A stretch of 64,000 bases of DNA from Lingula anatina. Taxonomy: Eukaryota > Animalia > Brachiopoda. Location: the NCBI GenBank assembly GCA_051362555.1, contig CM120643.1:19596848-19660847 (forward strand), in the 5' to 3' direction. The notes under the pieces were generated by a model, which saw only the letters and a program-made list of their open reading frames with translations, searched no databases and was not told the DNA's origin. Position numbers and translations under genes: made by a program. This document shows, piece by piece, positions 59,165-64,000 of this stretch; positions within the stretch are counted from its first letter, which is position 1, and the number at the start of each line of letters is the position of its first letter.

Positions 59165-60134
59165 AATAGAGTCTTTTCCACGGTCACGTGACTCCGCTAA
59201 ATTATCCGTGGGAACGCGAGATTTTGCGGGATTTGAAGTTTCAGGGGGAAAGTGTGGAGTGTACACGACGGACGCCATATCGAGGAGTGCTCATTTCAAT
59301 CTGAATTTTCAAAGTTTCGTAACATGTTAATACCTGATTTTTTTCGAAAACATATTCATGGGAGCAGTTGGAATAGAAATTTAGCAGAAGTACCTGATGA
59401 CTTTTCAATGAAAGAACTAAAAACGTACCTCATCGACAGCAAAGATAGGACATTCGGTACTTTTGTAGTATACCCCCCCCCCACCCTGTAACTTCCTGAA
59501 ACTTTCATTTTTCAAACATTTTTTTACAGTGTCTTTTGCACCTATGTCAAAGCTGTTGAAATAAAATGTTTTTGTAATTACCTGTGGTCTTTTTTATTAG
59601 TTTTAATCACGTTTAATCCACCCCATTGAAAAACAATGTGAAAATTTACAATGTAACCGCAGCTTGCTGCGTTTTCGTTGGCTAACTCTACATGTACCTT
59701 ATTTTATGTGAACATAGGATTGATACATTGTATACTTGGATTTCCTCTGTGAAATTACTATGAGCTACTTGTTCACATAAAATTATCTTAGGGTTAGCCA
59801 ACGAAAATGCGGCAAGTTATTGACTGCGAGTGTAAATTGAAGATTCTAACTTTGTATTTCAATGGGCTGGATTAAACGTGATTAACACTAATAAAAAGTC
59901 CACAGGTAATTACAAAAGCATTTTATTTCAACAGCTTTGACATAGATAAACAATAAAATGTAAAAAACTGTTTGAAAAGTGAAAGTTACAGAAAGTTACA
60001 GGGTGGGGGGGGGGGGGGGGGGGGTATACTACAAAAGTACCGAAGGCCCCTTCTACTCTTTCCCCCTGAGAAACAGTCCCGCACAAAATGGCGCGAACTG
60101 CGCATGCTCACGATTTCGTGGAAAAGACTCTATT
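59165..60134. mobile_element. 970-bp TIR element nested in the satellite, with large internal inverted repeat
   Basis: TIR aatagagtcttttccacg / cgtggaaaagactctatt; interrupts the satellite unit at tcat^atattggc. Confidence 0.85.
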
Positions 60135-62345
60135 ATATTGGCAATCTAAGTGTGACCTTGAAATTGACCTTTGACCTACTTTTCATCATGAATTGAACTT
60201 TGCAAATTTTGGTTCCCTTTTATCTCCAAAACTGGCAGAGATAGGTCCATAGTTACTATTGAACTTGAATAGGAAGTCATATACTGGCAATCTAAATGTG
60301 ACCTTGAAATTGACCTTTGACCTACTTTTCATCATGATATGAAGTTTACAAATTTTGGTTCCCTTTTATCTCCAAAACTGGTAGAGATAGGTCCATAGTT
60401 ACTATTGAACTTGAATAGGAAGTCATATACTGGCAATATAAATGTGACCTTGAAATTGACCTTTGACCTACTTTTCATCATGAATTGAATTTTGCAAATT
60501 TTGGTTCCCTTTTATCTCCAAAACTGGCAGAGATAGGTCCATAGTTACTATTGATCTTGAATAGGAAGTCATATACTGGCAATCTAAATGTGACCTTGAA
60601 ATTGACCTTTGACCTACTTTACACCATAAACTGAACTTTGCAAATTTTTAATGCTTTTATTTTCAAAACTGGCAGAGATACGCCCATAGTTACTATTGAA
60701 TTTGAATAGAAAATCATACGAGGCAATCTAAGTGTGACCTTGAAATTGACCTTTGACCTACTTTTCATCATGAAATAAAGTTTACAAATTTTGGTTCCCT
60801 TTTATCTCCAAAACCGGCAGAGATAGGTCCATAGTTACTATTGAACTTGAATAGGAAGTCATATATTGGCAATCTAAATGTGACCTTGAAATTGACCTTT
60901 GACCTACTTTACACCATAAACTGAACCTTGCAACTTTTTAATGCTTTTATTTTCAAAACTGGCAGTGATACGCCCATAGTTACTATTGAATTTGAATAGA
61001 AAGTCATACGAGGCAATCTAAGTGTGACCTTGAAATTGACCTTTGACCTACTTTTCATCATGAAATAAAGTTTGCAAATTTTGTTCCCTTTTATCTCCAA
61101 AACTTGTAGAGATAGGTCTATGGTTACTATTGAACTTGAATAGAAAGTCATACGAGGCAATTTACTGTGACCTTGAAATTGACCTTTGACCTACTTTTAA
61201 CCATGATCTGAACTTTGCAAATTTTGTTCCCTTTTATCTCCAAAACTAGCAGAGATAGGTCCATAGTTACTATTGAACTTGAAAAGGAAGTCATATACTG
61301 GCAATATAAATGTGACCTTGAAATTAACCTTTGACCTACTTTTCACCATAAGCTGAACATTGCAACTTTTTAATGCTTTTATTTTCAAAACTGGCAGAGA
61401 TACGCCCATAGTTACTATTGAATTTGAATAGAAAGTCATACGAGGCAATTTACTGTGACCTTGAAATTGACCTTTGACCTACTTTTCATCATGATATGAA
61501 GTTTACAAATTTTGGTTTCCTTTTATCTCCAAAACCCGGCAGAGATAGGTTCATAGTTACTATTGAACTTGAATAGGAAGTCATATATTGGCAATCTAAA
61601 TGTGACCTTGAAATTGACTTTTGACCTACTTTACACCATAAACTGAACTTTGCAACTTTTTAATACTTTTATTTTCAAGACTGGCAGAGATACGCCCATA
61701 GTTACTATTGAATTTGAATAGAACGTCATACGAGGCAATCTAAGTGTGACCTTGAAATTGACCTTTGACCTACTTTTCATCATGATATGAAGTTAACAAA
61801 TTTTGGTTCCCTTTTATCTCCAAAACTGGTAGAGATAGGTCCATAGTTACTATTGAACTTGAATAGGAAGTCATATACTGGCAATATACATGTGACCTTG
61901 AAATTGACCTTTGACCTACTTTTCATCAGGAATTGAACTTTGCAAATTTCCGTTCCCTTTTATCTCCAAATCTGGTAGAGATAGGTCCATAGTTACTATT
62001 GAACTTGAATATGAAGTCATTAGAGGCAATTTACTGTGACCTTTGACCTTCTTTTAACCATGAACTTAACTTTGCAAATTTTGGTTCCCTTTTATTTCCA
62101 AAACTGATAAGATACGCCCATAGTTACTATTGAATTTGAATATGAAGTCATATACTGGCAAACTAAGTGTGACCTTGAAATTTTTTTTGACCTACTTTTT
62201 ATCATGAATTGAAGATTACAAATTGTGGTTCCCTTTTATCTCCAAAACTGGCAGAGATAGGTCCATAGTTGCTATTGAACTTGAATAGGAAGTCATATAC
62301 TGGAAATTTGCTGTGTTTTGAAATTGACCTTTGACCTACCTTACT
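60135..62345. repeat. ~145-bp satellite array (about 15 units, two subtypes)
   Basis: gtgaccttgaaattgacc recurs at 60152, 60298, 60444, 60590, 60734 and onward. Confidence 0.95.
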
Positions 62346-63249
62346 ATGAACTGAACTTTGATTGTACCATTTTTAGTTATATATTTTTTTTGCATATTTT
62401 GAGAATTCTTGTTGATTGCATTTTTTACAGCTTGTCAAGCACAAGACTGGTGGTGGTGTCCCTTTTTTGTGTGTGTGGGGGTCTATACGATCGCGCTTAC
62501 CCCAGCTGGTGGTACAATATTCGGAGGCGGTATCGCCTCTCTGATCCTCTAGTTTTGTGTTTATTTGGTTTTCTGGCTTTATTGGCACCCAAACCCCTGG
62601 CCTTAGCACATTGAGTCATTTCTTCCTACTTTTTTCTTATAATTTCAAACCATGCAACTCTGATATAGGAAAAGGGGTATGCAAATTAGTACAATCTTTG
62701 AAATACAAAATGCCAAAGAATGTAATGATTATTTTACTATCTAGATTGAACATTGTTGGTATTTAAGTGTGGCAAGAAGGAGTGATTATTACTCCAGGTG
62801 AATCCCCAAAATATATGCATGGTGCTTCAGAAGTATATATCTGTTGTATGCTATTTATATAGTGTACAGTTGCTTTGTTTTTTTAATGGGGTGTAATATA
62901 GACATTTTATTAGTATCACAAAGGGTGTGTTCAAATCAGTTCTAAGTTAAAACCACTTTGACTCTACATGCATCATTGAATGACAAGAGTAATACAGAGT
63001 GACTAATGGTTTTCACATAGAATCCAAGTGAACAGGCCTTTGAGTATGAAAGGAACTGGGACTATTGTTGCATGGCCTGTTGTCAGAGGTATGCCTTGGG
63101 GGTTGTTTAAAATGAGTTAGCACACACAAACTCTGCAGGGATTTACAGACTAACAGACCTTTTCTTGTTTCCAATGCACTCATACAATCACTATCTTCTC
63201 TATATTCTACCTGGGAGGAGGAGGTGTGTAAGTCTGTTAATTACACCCC

Positions 63250-63455
63250 ATTCTCATAGATTAGATCGACCTACATTGGATCGACCTAACTCCCTGGGGG
63301 TTCACGCTAAATAGCTGTCAGCCGGGCGGACACGAAAGTTAATTACCCCTTATAGCTTGTAGTAGGCGGGGACGGACACTTAAGGCGGATTATCTGACAG
63401 TAATCTAGTGAGACTCCCCGCGGTGATAGATCGATCTAAAAGTTGTGAGAACAGA
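63250..63455 (+). mobile_element. MITE family A relative
   Basis: Shares ctccctgggggttcacgctaaat and tagtgagactcccc..gatagatcgatc with 23702-23945. Confidence 0.7.
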
Positions 63456-63663
63456 GCCTTTGATCGCATTCGGCAAGTTTTCCTATAGAGTTAGTGTGCA
63501 CTGATTTTTTAACAACCCATTGTCTATGAATCATGCAGATCTTTTTTTGTGTTTGTTTGGGGAAGGGAGATATTTGGAGTCGTGCATCATCTTAACCCTC
63601 AATTTTGGCTGGCCTGTGTGTCAAAGCCAAAGCTTTGTACTAATAGCATGTGTTTTATTGCAG

Positions 63664-63711
63664 CTGATGACAAGGAAGAGAATTCTCTTATGGTTTTAGA
63701 CATTGAAGTGT
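63664..63711 (+). CDS. Piezo: Candidate alternative exon (DDKEENSLMVLDIEV), 3' end uncertain
   Basis: tactaat branch-like site and ttttattgcag| acceptor; open in phase 1; only weak donors (63707 or 63711). Confidence 0.3.
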
Positions 63712-63768
63712 GTGGCGAGATGACAGAAATAGGGACATTATTTTAGTTTAAGGCACAGTTAAACTGGG

Positions 63769-63769
<1 letters not shown>

Positions 63770-63799
<30 letters not shown>

Positions 63800-63801
63800 T
63801 T
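63770..63801. repeat. (ATTT)n microsatellite
   Basis: Direct reading. Confidence 0.9.
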
Positions 63802-64000
63802 CATTATCTTCCTTTAATTTTGGTTATGGAAAATATTTCAATCTATGGCACTCATGTGCTCTTACTTGGGTACATTGATTAAATCTCATAGAAAGTAGTT
63901 AATGTATTAGTTTGAATAGATTAGACTGCATTGGATGAACATATATTTAAATTACTAAAAAAATTGCTATGCTCTATTATACATAGGCCAAGTTTGTTTT

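Larger units (their letters stand above)
58118..62552 (+). mobile_element. Helentron-associated (HINE/DINE-1-like) non-autonomous element with internal satellite
   Basis: 5' subTIR taccaccagc (58121) with adjacent inverted copy; short ccgccggct repeats; internal TGACCTT-rich tandem array; 3' subTIR gctggtggta (62505), hairpin gaggcggtatcgcctc, then CTAG-TT. Confidence 0.8.

Noticed and set aside
60909-61448. Two 83-aa ORFs in the satellite
   Set aside because: They are incidental open frames in 145-bp tandem repeats.

Overview
Eukaryotic, AT-rich animal genomic DNA, probably from a lophotrochozoan invertebrate such as a mollusc (inferred from repeat types and CpG pattern). The window is dominated by the 5' half of one + strand gene encoding a Piezo mechanosensitive cation channel. 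I spliced 28 GT-AG coding exons by hand from 21939 to 56277, giving about 1370 codons in one continuous frame. They run from the N-terminal TM repeats through the NYFFYKFGLE motif to the beam helix, and the gene continues past the window. A CpG-rich region at ~2.3-6.1 kb probably holds the promoter and non-coding first exon(s). The rest is intron filled with a decayed Ty3/Gypsy fragment, several MITE families, two nested transposon insertions, a 4.4-kb Helentron/HINE-like element carrying a ~145-bp satellite, minisatellites and microsatellites. Two things stand out: (1) at least four Piezo splice junctions are tandemly duplicated into their own introns, including a ~25-copy array of a 5' splice site; (2) there is a set of frame-preserving microexon candidates of 6, 15, 30, 33, 33 and 51 nt.
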